From the human T2T-CHM13v2.0 reference genome, Homo sapiens: 64,000 nucleotides of DNA. A model generated the notes under the pieces. That model was not told the DNA's origin. It saw only the letters and a list, made by a program, of their open reading frames with translations, and made no database searches. The stretch is from the NCBI RefSeq assembly GCF_009914755.1, contig NC_060945.1, one strand, 5' to 3'. Below are positions 25,728 through 38,174 of this stretch, piece by piece. The position numbers and the translations under genes are program-made. Within the stretch, counting starts at the first letter, position 1. Every line of letters begins with the position of its first letter.

Positions 25728-28361
25728 GTAGGTCACACTCAGGCGGGTCTACGGACAGAAACACTGTAGATCTAACCAATGAGATCTCCTTCTTAATGAC
25801 CTTACATGGCACCAGATCCCCTGAGGCACCATTCTGTAGAATGACCATGTGTAGACTGTATGTGTGGAAAACGTGCCTGCTACATCTTCCTCCAGGGGTG
25901 TTCCATGTATGCATTTGAGTGTCTGTGTTGGAACCTCTCCAACCTAATCTTAACTGATGTAATTTTTGGCTATGCTGCTTAACAGATGGACGTATTCTTG
26001 AACATGCCTCTTGCACACCCCAGCTTTTCTCCTCTGAATGCCAGGAAGTAAGAATAGTGCTTATAAATACACATACCCACAAGCCAACCTCTGTATTGAT
26101 GATCAATGTCCACATCAATGCTAATCTCCTAATAGGAAGCCTGTAGTGTCACAATTTCTAAGCCATGACCCATTACATAAATTAAGGCATTGAATGTAGT
26201 GACAAAATCAATTCACAGTTGCTAGGTTAGCCGAACCCTTTTGGGATCCCCCTCCAGAAGCCCAGCAGACCCAAGAAAGTGGTAAATGAGTAGGGAAAAC
26301 CATTGGCAGATGACAATCACACACCAGAAAAGATTCTGAGCAGATAACATCATGATCAAGCATATTTCCAAGAACTCACAGAGCTAATAATATGGTCACC
26401 TCTATAAAACAAGATCAAGTAAAGATACAAGAGCTTAAAGCAACAATAAGACAATAGGTGGCTATCAGGATGCATTAACAAACATATAAGAAACTTTTTT
26501 TCAATAAAACAGTTTTTTTAGCTATTGAATTACTGAAGCTATAGATTGAACTGACACACCTTGTCCATGGTGGGGAGAACCAATACAAAACAATCAACAC
26601 CAAAAATAGTTATTGAACTTCATAGAAAAAGAAAAAATATTTGGTCATCTGGACAAAAGATCAAGTCACTTATAAGGGAAAATATTTTAAAGGCACTGGA
26701 AATCCCCATCTGAAAGGAAACTCCTGGTGGATCTTTTCCCAAGGTAGAGAGGCCCTTGATAAAGTGAAGAATTACATCTAGTTTGTCTGAATTTTGTATA
26801 TTGCAGGGTTTAATAAATCACAAGGAGGTATAGCCACGTCCTCCCCCAAGGTGACCAACCTCAGGGAACACAAGGGAGATTTGGGGGGCTCTACTGGCCT
26901 CTCCCCAGCTCAGCTCACTTTTGGCCCAGGCACCCACATCCTCACAGGGCCCCTCACCTCACCCCATATTCCACACAGACTCTGCTCCCATCAGGACCTG
27001 ACCTTGCCCCACATCCTTGTCCTCTCCTGAGCTCTGCCCTCTGCCCCCAGAGTGATCACAGCTGAAGTGTCAATGACAGCAAAATACCTAAATGGAGTGT
27101 CTTGACATTTTAGAGGGGGATCACAGATGCCTTTGAGAACACAATGAAATTGATGGACTTTCTCTCTGATTTTAAAACTGCCTTTCCCAAGAGCTAATGT
27201 TGGCATTGAATAAACACCTCTAAAATGCAGTGTTCAAACAAGAGTCTCTGCCCATGGAAATCCCAGGGAGGGAGTCTTCAGAAAACTCCTATATGGAAAC
27301 TAAAATGCAGGCATGAAAAATTGCCCCCCGCTGACCCCTGCTGCCCCCCACTGCCCCCTGACTCTGGGTTTGTGCAAGGCTGTGGGCCAGGATGAAGGGG
27401 CCTGGCATATTCTGGGGTGCAAAGGGCAGGGCCTGCTATGTATGGCAGAGCAGGTCTCAGGAAGGTCAGTGTGGCTGCTGGAACCTCCTAATAACCAGGA
27501 GGCTTGGGGTCCCTTTGGAGAATGTGAAGGCAAACCAGAGTGCACTGGAGGGAGCAGTGTGTCGTGGTGTCCTGTGTGAGGATAATCAGTCATCCTGACG
27601 TGGTGACATGAGACCAGTGCCCCGACTCGTTGACCACTCCCTCTTGAGTCAGACTCTGGGCTATGGGTGTTACCTCACTGACACCTCGCAATCGCTACTC
27701 TTTCCCTGTTTTTTACTGATAAGAGAGATGAAGTCATTTATTTCTGGCTGCACAGTGAGGAGATGGTGATGCCAGGATTTGCTACCAGACTGTCAGATCT
27801 TAGAACTCAAGGTCAAACTCCACGTGAACCCTGGCACCGGGCAGCCTCTGGTGGGAGACAGTCCCAGTGAGCCCACCTGACTTCCAGCCTGGCTTCAAGC
27901 AATTGACTAAAGAATGCACAACACAGGCATCTCCAGCTCAAGCACTCTGTCCCCTGAGCAAGAAGGATACGTTTAAAGCTAGGGGGATGGATCATTGATG
28001 CCAACTTCAGATTCTTACCGAGTTACACTAAACTAGTCATAGAGACACTTTATCAGGTTCTTCATCAGGAAAATGTAAGAGTGAATCTTCATGGGGCATT
28101 TTGGGAGGACAAAGAGGGTTGCATAGTTCCTGGGGCTGAAACCTAAGTTGTCTGCATTTGAGAAAATGTTGTGTGCACAGCTGAGCAGCACTTTCTTCTC
28201 AAATTGAAGCCACGTTGCAGAGAATGTTCAGAAACAACACAGTTGACAATAATTTCAATAATAACATTGCTGTTAGAGTGGGTCTTGGTCTTGGGAGTTT
28301 TGTGGAACAAATCTGTACTAACTTGATGAAACTGAACGTCTGATGCTTATTTATACTTCAG

Positions 28362-28484
28362 GGAAATACTACAGGCCAGACCTGAATTTCCCCTGCAGTC
28401 TGCCAAGACGGAGTCGTGGGATCAAAGACTTTGAAAACGATCCCCCATTATCATCGTGTGGCATTTTCCAGTCCAGAATTGCAG
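28362..28484 (+). CDS. UBASH3A: UBASH3A exon 10 (123 nt): GKYYRPDLNFPCSLPRRSRGIKDFENDPPLSSCGIFQSRIA
   Basis: acttcag|GG acceptor, GCAG|gtatgt donor; DPPLS motif typical of histidine phosphatases. Confidence 0.97.
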
Positions 28485-29088
28485 GTATGTTTGAGGACTG
28501 TCTAGTAGGAAAGGTAACAATAACAGCAACACTGATTATGGCTAGCAGGCATCCAGCCTGAGCCCTAGCTACACACCCTTTGATACAGTGTTAGCTTTGT
28601 CTCCAGTCTGCTGAGGAGGCTGGGGCACAGAGAGGTTAAGCAACTTGCCCAAGGTCACACAGCAAGAAAGTGGCAATGTAGAGGTTTGATCTAGGAATGG
28701 ATGATTCAGGAAGTTGGCAGGAATGAAAGAAAGGCATGGAAAGAACAAGAGAGGGGAGGAAAAATCAACAACCAAGGAGCTCCAAGGAGCTCACTTTTCA
28801 AATGGAAAACCACATCCTCTCATTCGTTGGTTTTATTTCAAAATCTGTCACTTTGGGCTTTTGTTTCATGTCTGGCGGTTCTGCTTCTACGTGACTGAGT
28901 TTATGTAAACAGAAGAGACCATTGAGTTCATCGAGTCTTCATTTCCTAAATTCAGAAAATGGAATCCAGAGAAGCAAGTTACACCAATGGTTAACTGCAG
29001 AGACCCCCACGGCCCACTCGCCCAGGGCCCCACTCAGAGGTGTGCTCAGAAATGTTTACCCACCTGCTCCAGGCAGGGTGGGAAGTCC

Positions 29089-29840
29089 GAGTTATAGAGT
29101 TATAGAGTTAGTTATAGAGTTATAGAGTCATGGAGTTATAGAGTTAGTTATAGAGTTAGAATCATAGAGTTATAGAGTCATAGAGTTATAGAGTTAGAGT
29201 TATGGAGTTATAGAGTTATAGAGTTGTTATAGAGTTATAGAATTATAGAGTTAGTTATAGAGTTATAGAGTCATAGATTTATAGAGTTATAGAGTTAGTT
29301 ATAGAGTTATAGAGTCATAGATTTATAGAGTTATAGAGTTAGTTATAGAGTTATAGAGTCATAGATTTATAGAGTTATAGAGTTAGTTATAGAGTTATAG
29401 AGTCATAGAGTTGTAGAGTTATAGAGTTATAGAGTTATGGAGCCATAGAGTTATAGAGTCATAGAGTTATAGAGTTAGTTATAGAGTTATAGAGTCATAG
29501 AATTATAGAGTTAGTTATAGAGTTATAGAGTCATAGAGTTATAGAGTTATAGAGTCATAAAATTATAGAGTTAGAGTTACAGAGTCATAGATTTATAGAG
29601 TTAATTATAGAGTTAGAGTCATAGAGTTATAGAGTTATAGAGTCATAGTGTTACAGAGTTATAGAGTTAATTATAGAGTTATAGAGCTATAGAGTCATAG
29701 AGTTATAGAGTTAGTTATAGAGTTATAGAGCTATAGAGTCATAGAGTTATAGAATTAGAGTTATAGAGTTATAAAGTCATAGAGTCATAGAGTTATAGAG
29801 TTAGTTATAGAGCTATAGAGTTAGAGTCATAGAGTTATAG
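29089..29840 (+). repeat. ~750-bp (GAGTTATA)n satellite with GAGTCATA and GAGTTAGTTATA variants (intron 10)
   Basis: Read directly. Confidence 0.97.
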
Positions 29841-31017
29841 CACTTGCTGAGTGCAGTGGTGAGAATACTGCACTCCCCGACAACTGATTCCAGACTCCCA
29901 GTGTGAGCTCCCAGGACACTGAGTCGGGAGGAGATGGTGGTCCCAGGCCTCTGTCCCTGGCTTGCAGGTGACATTTTCTGTCTTCCTCTTCTCTTCTCTG
30001 CATGTCTCTGTGCACAGATTTCCCCTTTTAGAAGGGCACTGTCACACTGGATTAGAGCCCACCCTAATTTAATTGATTGAGGTGCATACCCTTATTTTAA
30101 CTTATCACTCTGTAAAAATCCTGTTTCCAAATGAGTCACATTCTAAGGCACCAAGGGTGAGGACTCTAACATGTTTTTCAAGGGAGGGGATACAGTTCAA
30201 CCCAGAAGAGCCTCCACTGAAACCTCGCTCATCAGCTTTCAGGCTGTGCAATTTTTGTGCTGTAGGGACTCCCATATTTCCCTGAGAGCAGGGCTTCCAG
30301 TATCACAGGGGGAAAGGCAGAGTACAGGCTTTTCCTTCCACGAGCTTCAGTGGGTCTTGAGTTTTCTCAAACGACCACAAATGTGAAGCCCCGCCCATTT
30401 CTGAGCTCACAGTGGTGCAGATCCAAAGCCCAGGCCCACGAGGCTGCTTCTCTGCTGAAGGTCTTAAAGCCTGAAGTCAAGGTCTCTGCTGGGCTGAGTT
30501 TTCATTGGGAGCTCAAGTCTCCTTCCAGACTCATTCTGCTGTTGGCCAAATTCAGATCCTTGCAGTGGGAGGACTGAGGTCTGTTCCTTGCTGGCTGTTA
30601 GCTGGGGGCTGCTCCCAGCCCTAGTAGAGGCTGCCCACATTCCTTGCCATGTGGTCCCCTCCATCTTTGCAGCCAGCAATGGAGAATGTTTTGCTGAATC
30701 CTTCTCACTTCACACTTCTCTGACTTTTTTCCATGACTGGCTGGAGATAATCACTGCTTTTAATGGGCTCACCAACTTGTCAGCCCCACCTTGGATCCCT
30801 TCCCTTCTGCCATAGGATGTAATTGTCCCAGGAGCAACAGATCATTCTGGTCATGGGTTCCACCCATACTTGGAGGCTGTGCAGGGTGTGTCACACCAGG
30901 GGGTGGAAACCCGGGGCCCTTTGAGGACCCTGCCTACCACAGGGAGCACATGGCTCATCTGCCATCAGAGGCTAGAATTATGAAGGGGCATTTTCTGCCT
31001 TTTTCACTATTTTCCAG

Positions 31018-31110
31018 GGGACGCGCTACTGGACAGTGGTATCAGAATCAGCTCTGTGTTTGCCTCCCCAGCCCTCCGCTGTGTGCAGACGGCCAAACTC
31101 ATCCTGGAAG
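31018..31110 (+). CDS. UBASH3A: UBASH3A exon 11 (93 nt): GDALLDSGIRISSVFASPALRCVQTAKLILE
   Basis: tttccag|GG acceptor, GAAG|gtcagt donor; SPxLRCxQT motif. Confidence 0.97.
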
Positions 31111-33159
31111 GTCAGTGAGAACCTCGGTGAGCCTCTCCTACTGCCTTGACCTTGGGGCTATTCTCCAAGGGGAGTGGGAAGGGAGTGGAGGTGGAATTGG
31201 ATGACTGGCAATGAATGCCCACACCAAAGTCATCAGGCAAGTACGAGCCAGCCCTCCAAGGATGCTGGCAGGCATGCTGGGTCCGTGAGCGTGTCTGGAA
31301 TACCAGGACCGTCAGACCAGTAGGGGCTGGTGTAGCTAAATGCCAGGGCCTGTCCTCATACCGTTTCTCTTTGGCCTCCGTCAGCTAGGCATTTTTAAAA
31401 TACACCTGGAAAGCGGCATTCGAAAACCTTGAGAGCTGGGAACTGCTACGGTTCCTTGTAAGTCTGAATTGCATGACCCTTCCCAGGGCAATGCACTGGG
31501 CCAGTGGAGCTGTCCAGCGTCCTCAAGGGCTGATGTGTGTCAGGAAGTCCTGGGCAGACCCTTCTGCAGCTCCCATCTACGGGAAGAAGAAAGTTCCTGC
31601 CCATAGGAGAGCAGCTTGTTCCAGAGGCCTGGGCTCTGCCTTCAGCCTGAACCCTGTCCTGCTCCTCTTTGTCTGGGAAGAGGGATAAGATCTCGGTCCC
31701 CAGGCAGGGACTGGCCGTGGCCAGGAGCATGGGTGACATGCGAGAGAGCATGTCGCCTCCATGGTGACAAGGGAGAGGGCAGAGCACACAGACACAGATG
31801 CAGCAGGAGGGCAAATGTGGGGGACAGGGCTTGCCTCGACTTTCTCAGAGACCTAGGAAGTAAGGCCACCAGCGGAAAGTGGGGGCAGGGACTGTGGGAA
31901 GTTTGGGGTGCACCGAAGGAATGAATGGCTGTCAGGCAGAGGGGCCCAGGACATGGGCTGGGAGATGCAGAGTGACCGCTGGGCAGCACTCAGAGCCCAC
32001 CCACAGTTCATGAGCATGAGTTTAAATGGAGATGCATCAGCCGGGCTAGGGGGTCTCTTCCAGCTTAGACCGGGAGTAGGTGGAGAGTGGGATGCAGGTA
32101 AGGGCAGGGTTGAGCTGTGAGTACGGTGGAGCCAGAGGGGACAGGAAGACTTGAGGGCATAGTGAGGGGGTGACCGTGCCCATGGACTTTCAGCTGGGTC
32201 AGCGAGGAGGCCGAGCACGGGGGAGGTGAGTGCAGGAGAAAGGAGGTGATCTGAGTGAGGCTCAAGGTCCACGAGGGGGCTGCTTGGAGACAGCAGAGTT
32301 TGGCACTGCACCATGGCGGGGCTGCAGTGGCTAGAATGACAAGTCCCAGGTGGAAGGAATGGATGCTCAAGGCAGGGAGGAAGCCACGTCCTGCAGGAGG
32401 TGGGCAGGAATGGAGGGGCCATGGAGGAGCCATCCCGCAGATGGTGGTCTTGCTGGGACTTGCACATGGGGCCACATCAGAGCTGGGGCCACGAGGGGCC
32501 GGGACCTTCACAGGAGGAGCCGTTGGGACAGCAGTGGATTCAATGCACACATGTGCATTGCCGGTTCCCATGTCCTCAGATCCCCTTCGCCCCGTCAGAG
32601 ACGCTCCCTCAGAGCACCTTCAAATCCAGGTGCCCAGGAAGCCCCAGCCAGGAGCGGACCTGGTTCCACCCCGGAGCCTCTCAGGCTCATCATTCCTGTC
32701 CTGTGCTCTCATGAACTTTCCATCCCATAGTCCAGTCCTAGTTTCACGAGGCACAGAAATCCATTGTATCAGCATGGAGCATCCACGATCCACCTTCCAC
32801 ACACTTAAAAATGTCAAGACACTTTCTGCCCACCTCAGTCTTGCAGCTTCATCCTTTCATTTCCCACCCAACTGTGGCACAGGACCCCACCCCTCTGCAC
32901 GGCATCTCGGGTCACAAGACAGAAATGCAGACTTACTTCACTTTGCCTTGGAGGTTCCCATGTTGATTGCATCACGGCACCTCTGGGCTCTCAATGAGCC
33001 AGATGAAGATCAAAGAACAATATCAGCTTCTTTGACCAAACCACGAAAGGACTCGCGAATCCCCAAAGGCCTGACGGCAGTGTAGCCGGAGGCCAGAGGC
33101 AGCTCCACCCGAGGGCAAGCAAGGCTTCCACAATCCTTGTCTCTCCTCACAACGCTGGC

Positions 33160-33581
33160 ATGCACATACACAGCACACACATCCACACACACCACACACA
33201 CACCACACGCCACACACACACTACACACACCCACACACACACCATGCACACCCACACACCACACACACCCACACACACCACACACACCCACACACACTAC
33301 ACATACACACCACACACCACACACACACCACACACCACACACACCACCTACACCCACACACACCCACACACAACACACAACACACACACCACACACATAA
33401 CATACAACACGCTGAACACACATACCACACACACACCACACACCTCACACACACCACACACATACACACACCACACACACGACACACACCACACATCCAC
33501 ACACACACCACACCCCACACACACCCACACACCACACACACAACACACACCCACACACACACCACACACACCACATACACC
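33160..33581 (+). repeat. CA/CCA-rich simple repeat (intron 11)
   Basis: Read directly. Confidence 0.95.
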
Positions 33582-34930
33582 CCTTGGGGTTTCACTTGGG
33601 GGCTGAGTCACAGACCGCAGAGGAGGAGGCTGTGATCTTTGAGAGCCATGACCCCAGCCCAGGTGACAGGGTCCCGCGATGTCCGCCTCTCCCTGTTCCC
33701 ATGCTCACAGCAGCAGGTCCAGCCTTCGTGTTTTCAGGAAGGCCTGAGAAACAGGACGTGGCCTTTCCAGCTCTGCGCTTTGGGAGGGACGAGGGTGGCA
33801 AGATCAGAAATGTGAAGGGGCAGGGTCTCCGAGTATCTGGGGACCCTTCAGTGTGAGGGTGGCTCTTAATAACTATGATGGAATAAAGCAAAATTGATAT
33901 ATAGCAATTTCATCCCTGGTTGTTTAGGATCAATGTATTTATAATTAACCAAACACCTATAATCATAAGATGTGAACCAAGCAAGAAATGCACACAAATA
34001 TATGACAAGAGGGGAACAGGCCTGTGCCTCAGTTTCCCCTCTTCTCCCCTGTCGCTGGTCTTTGCACCCCACCACTCAGTGAGCGCATTTTGTTGGAAAC
34101 CACCTAAGATGCTGCTGTTCTTCCACTAAGTTTCAGAATCACTTTGGTTTCTGCCACTGGCTGGCCGCCCACTAGCAGGCCGTGCGAGAGTCCCCAGGTC
34201 GCCTGTGCCTGCCAGGCCAGCAACAACAGTCTCCTCTCACTGGGGCTTTTACTGCCTCAGCCTGCAAGTTTCCCTTCTAGTGAAAACCTTCGTCTTTCTT
34301 TCCCTACCCAACCTCTCTCACCACGATAACAACAACGAATAAAAAAGGAATCTCTTGGCCAGCCTTTGTAATAAAAGAATACGACTGACTGAAAACACTT
34401 CATAATTTTATCTTTTTTTTGTCATTGTTCGTGGTTCCTCATTAACACACTTATTCCCATTTTTGGTGGATTTTTTTACTTCTATTATTTGGGTCACTTG
34501 CATATAAAAAGCTTTCAAAAATGTCTTTTGCCAGCAATAATGTCAAAATCTTTAATGTGATCTCTCAGTGACCTTTAAGTGCAGATGATGATGATGGTGA
34601 TGATGATGGTGATGATGCCTGTTTAAAGGGCATGGGTTTATAAATCCTCTGTTAATTCAGAAAAACAAGGACACCCAGTCTTCTTTACAAGGCCTCAGAC
34701 ATGATCAACCTGCTTATCAGATGGTGTCTGAGATGCTAAGGTGCTCAACTTTGTTTAAATTCAATGTCAGAGAATGTCCACATGAACCATTTCACAGCCA
34801 AGTCCACAAAACACTGGCCTGCAAGAGGTCTTCAAAGGAAAGAGACCCATGGCCACACCTGTCTGGGAAGCTCTCACACTGTTCCTTCATCTTATTTGTT
34901 CACAATGGAAATGAGCTCTTCACAGGCTTG

Positions 34931-35252
34931 GGGGAGATTTCGGGGGCCTGGTTAATCAGGGAGGACTTGGGGGCCCAGTTGATGGGGGAGGACTCGGGGG
35001 CCTGGTTGATGGAGGAGGACTTGGGGGCCTGGTTGATGAAGGAGGACTCGGGGGCCTGGTTGATGGGGGAGGACTCAGGGGCCTGGTTGATGGAGGAGGA
35101 CTCGGGGGCCTGGTTGGATGGGGGAGGACTCGGGAGCCTGGTTGATGGGGGAGGACTCGGGGGCCTGGTTGATGGGGGAGGACTTGGAGGTCTGGTTGAT
35201 GAAGGAGGACTTGGGGGCCTGGTTGATTGGGGAGAACTTGGGGGCCTGATTA
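34931..35252 (+). repeat. G-rich ~27-bp minisatellite (GGGGCCTGGTTGATGGRGGAGGACTYG), about 11-12 units
   Basis: Read directly; gives the repeated GAWLMxED peptide in ORF 34721..35263. Confidence 0.95.
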
Positions 35253-35981
35253 ACTTGCTTTAACTCTCTTTTCTAAGCATGCTTGATGAAAGAGCTCCTT
35301 CCATGGACCTAAAACACATTTGAGGAACTGATTTTATGTCCAGCATTTGAGTTCAATGACATCTTCTCCATTCCCAGTGAAAACATTCAGGTCTTTTTTT
35401 CCACTCAAAAAGAGATGGCCTTACTTTATGGCTCTTCCTTTAATCAAAATATAAAATGCTTGGGAAATGTGAGTTGCAGGGAGTCAGAATATTCCAGAAG
35501 ATGGCTCCTTCCATTCTTCACCTCTTGCCCCGTCTGTGTAAGTGTTTATCAGGAAAGTGCCTCATGAGGCCAACATTCTTCATGATGGGTCACATCTTGT
35601 CCATTGATCATTGGATCTGCCATGTTGGAGGATGCAGCCGGTGGGCTGGTTTCACGGTGGAGCTGTGCTGGGTGCTCAGGTGAGCCCCAGCCTAAGCCTG
35701 CTGCCTGGGACACTCACCAGCTCCTGGAAGACTCTGGCCCTTCCTGGCACACAGGGGGCCATCACTCCTCTGATACCTTCCCACTGCTCGTCAGTTTTGA
35801 CTTCAGAAATAGCACAGCTATGCCTAATCACAGAACGGTATTTGCCAAGAAGAAAATCACACTGTTTAAAAGGCATGATTTAGACATGTGTGTGACGGTC
35901 TGAGATCTAAAAGGAGACTTATTTATGCAAAGTCAGGGTGGATGTTGAGGATGATAAACACTTGTATTCTGTTGAATCCAG

Positions 35982-36126
35982 AACTCAAACTGGAGAAAAA
36001 AATCAAGATACGAGTGGAACCTGGAATCTTTGAATGGACAAAATGGGAAGCTGGCAAAACCACCCCAACCCTCATGAGCCTGGAAGAGCTGAAAGAGGCA
36101 AATTTCAACATTGACACTGATTACAG
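35982..36126 (+). CDS. UBASH3A: UBASH3A exon 12 (145 nt): ELKLEKKIKIRVEPGIFEWTKWEAGKTTPTLMSLEELKEANFNIDTDYR
   Basis: aatccag|AA acceptor, CAG|gtatgc donor; ORF 35888..36283. Confidence 0.97.
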
Positions 36127-36171
36127 GTATGCTGTTCTAAAGTTCTCTGCCACTGGGGCTTTTCCAGTTAT

Positions 36172-36592
36172 TGTTAAAGAAAAATTTCATGACACTGTTA
36201 AAATGGTAAGAAAGACTTTATTCAAGAGGGACCACTGCAGTGGGGTTTTGCAGCAGGGGAGAGAGGTGGGGCTCAACTCCTAATACAAGGAAAAGAGGGG
36301 AGTTATAGCCACAGAGCAGGGTGGGGGTCAGTGGATGGAAAATTCCTGAGAAGGTGGGTCATTCTTGCTAAACTGACCTAAATGGAGACTCTTGCTGAAG
36401 GCAGGCCAAGGTGATCAGACATCACCTGGGGGGTGGTAGAGGATAAGGAACTTGATCAGATGTCGAAGGTAGGAGGTTCTTGCTAAACTCACTCTGCAAG
36501 AACAGACACAGAAGCCCAAGGGTCAAGACCTCATTGAGAAGAAGGTTCAGAGGAGCTGGACTGGAGTTTAGTCAAGGAGAGAGTCTTTGTCA
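36172..36592 (-). mobile_element. ERV1-type solo LTR (MER31-like) filling most of intron 12
   Basis: Ends ...gtcaaggagagagtctttgtca, the reverse complement of the recalled TGACAAAGACTCTCTCCTTGAC start; TG...CA termini. Confidence 0.6.
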
Positions 36593-36841
36593 TTCTCCAC
36601 CCATGTCTGACTCTGCCATCACAGAGCCCTCCTGGTGTTGAGTAAGAATGTGTGCTGGAGATTGACTGTCAGTGCTTTGCCAGTTTTCAGCACAAAACTG
36701 GAGCCTGCCTGTTGACCATGAGCCTGCCTTGAGGCAGAGCCATCCTGGAAGAACGTTCTCCTTCCCCAGCTAACTGCAGCTGAGCCTTCCTAATCCCTAC
36801 GAAAGTGCCAGGGCAGCAGCCTCTCCTTCTCATCCTTCCAG

Positions 36842-36948
36842 GCCCGCGTTTCCCCTGTCCGCCCTCATGCCGGCCGAGAGCTACCAGGAGTACATGGACA
36901 GGTGCACGGCGAGCATGGTGCAAATCGTCAACACCTGTCCGCAGGACA
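36842..36948 (+). CDS. UBASH3A: UBASH3A exon 13 (107 nt): PAFPLSALMPAESYQEYMDRCTASMVQIVNTCPQD
   Basis: ccttccag|G acceptor, GACA|gtaagt donor; in frame with both neighbours. Confidence 0.96.
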
Positions 36949-36991
36949 GTAAGTGCCTCACCATCCTCAGTATGAACAGCCCCTGGGGCTT

Positions 36992-37395
36992 GGGGAATTA
37001 TCTCTGAGATGGAAATTGGCCAATTTTCTGAACCTATGAATGCCCCTACTTCTCCTGCCTGCCCCCGCCCCCATTCTCCAGCAACAAAGTTTTCATCACT
37101 GCTGCTGCTGCTGCAGTAACCGGGTGCACAGACACACACTCCCCTGCCGCCCAGGCCCTGGGACCCCCCATCCTGGGACTGAGTGCTGATGGGAGGGGAA
37201 TGATCTCTGAGATGGAAATTGGCCGATTTTCTGAACCTATGAATGCCCCCACTTCCCCTGCCCGCCCCCCACCATTCTCCAGCAACAAAGTTTTCATCAC
37301 TGCTGCTGCTGGTGCAGTAACCGGGTGCACAGACACACACTCCCCTGCCGCCCAGGCCTTGGAACCCCCCATCCTGGGACTGAATGCTGATGGGA
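36992..37395 (+). repeat. ~202-bp tandem duplication (36992-37194 and 37195-37395) in intron 13
   Basis: Both units run ggggaat..tctctgagatggaaattggcc..tgctgatggga. Confidence 0.95.
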
Positions 37396-38064
37396 CCCAG
37401 GCCAGCAGGGTCAGCACAATCCACCCATGTCCAAGGGATTTGAGTCAGCTTCCTGGGAAACAAAAGAGACAGAGAGAGAAAGAACAACCAACTTCCAGGT
37501 GGCGCCCCCTTCCCTGACCCATCACACGGGTCTCCTAACCCTCCCGTGTTGCTTTGTCCTGGATGAAGCATGCACAGAAGCGCTGACTTCCCACGCCTTC
37601 CCCTGAGCTGGCAGGGACAAGCGTGTCTCCTGAGGGAGACCCACTCGGCCTGTGGTCTCCAGGTGTTCTTATCTAAAGCAGGAGTCGTAGCAGGCTCGTG
37701 TGACAAAATAACCGGCTGACCTTTCTAAAGTGAATCAGGTCTGGCTTGGGCGTCAGCCACCGCTACATCCCAGTCTGTGGCTGACGGGGCCCAGGCAGCC
37801 AGCGACCACAGGGGGTGGCTCAGCTCACTTCCTAGGCCTCCCTGAGGCTGGTGGGCAGCTGCTGCGTGCAGAGGAATCCATGAGCGAGGGTGGGACGCAG
37901 GCATCACTGAGCGGTTACCAGCCACACTACTTCTAGCCCAGGGGTCTCGCCAGGCTTCGGGGCACTCTGAGATAGCTCTGCCCCCCACCACTTTGGGGAC
38001 CCCAGTCTAATAAAAGGTGCTCTCTGGGGCTGCTTTGACCTGGAGGTGTTCTTGTTTTCCACAG

Positions 38065-38174
38065 CGGGTGTCATCCTAATTGTGAGTCACGGCTCCACTC
38101 TGGACTCCTGCACGCGGCCACTGCTCGGGCTGCCGCCCCGGGAATGTGGGGATTTTGCCCAACTCGTGAGAAAG
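38065..38174 (+). CDS. UBASH3A: UBASH3A exon 14 (110 nt): TGVILIVSHGSTLDSCTRPLLGLPPRECGDFAQLVRK; second catalytic His (VSHG)
   Basis: ttccacag|CG acceptor, AAG|gtacgc donor; ORF 38046..38426. Confidence 0.97.

Noticed and set aside
29089-29840. CRISPR-like or telomeric array interpretation
   Set aside because: No unique spacers and not TTAGGG; it is a eukaryotic simple satellite.
32255-33085. 276-aa ORF in intron 11
   Set aside because: No domain signature; overlapped by several equally long ORFs in other frames, typical of GC-rich intron.
34721-35263. ORF with repeated GAWLMEED/GGLVDGG peptides
   Set aside because: Translation of the 27-bp minisatellite.
36687-37706. 339-aa antisense ORF with an internal repeat
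   Set aside because: Explained by the 202-bp tandem duplication and the exon 13 shadow.
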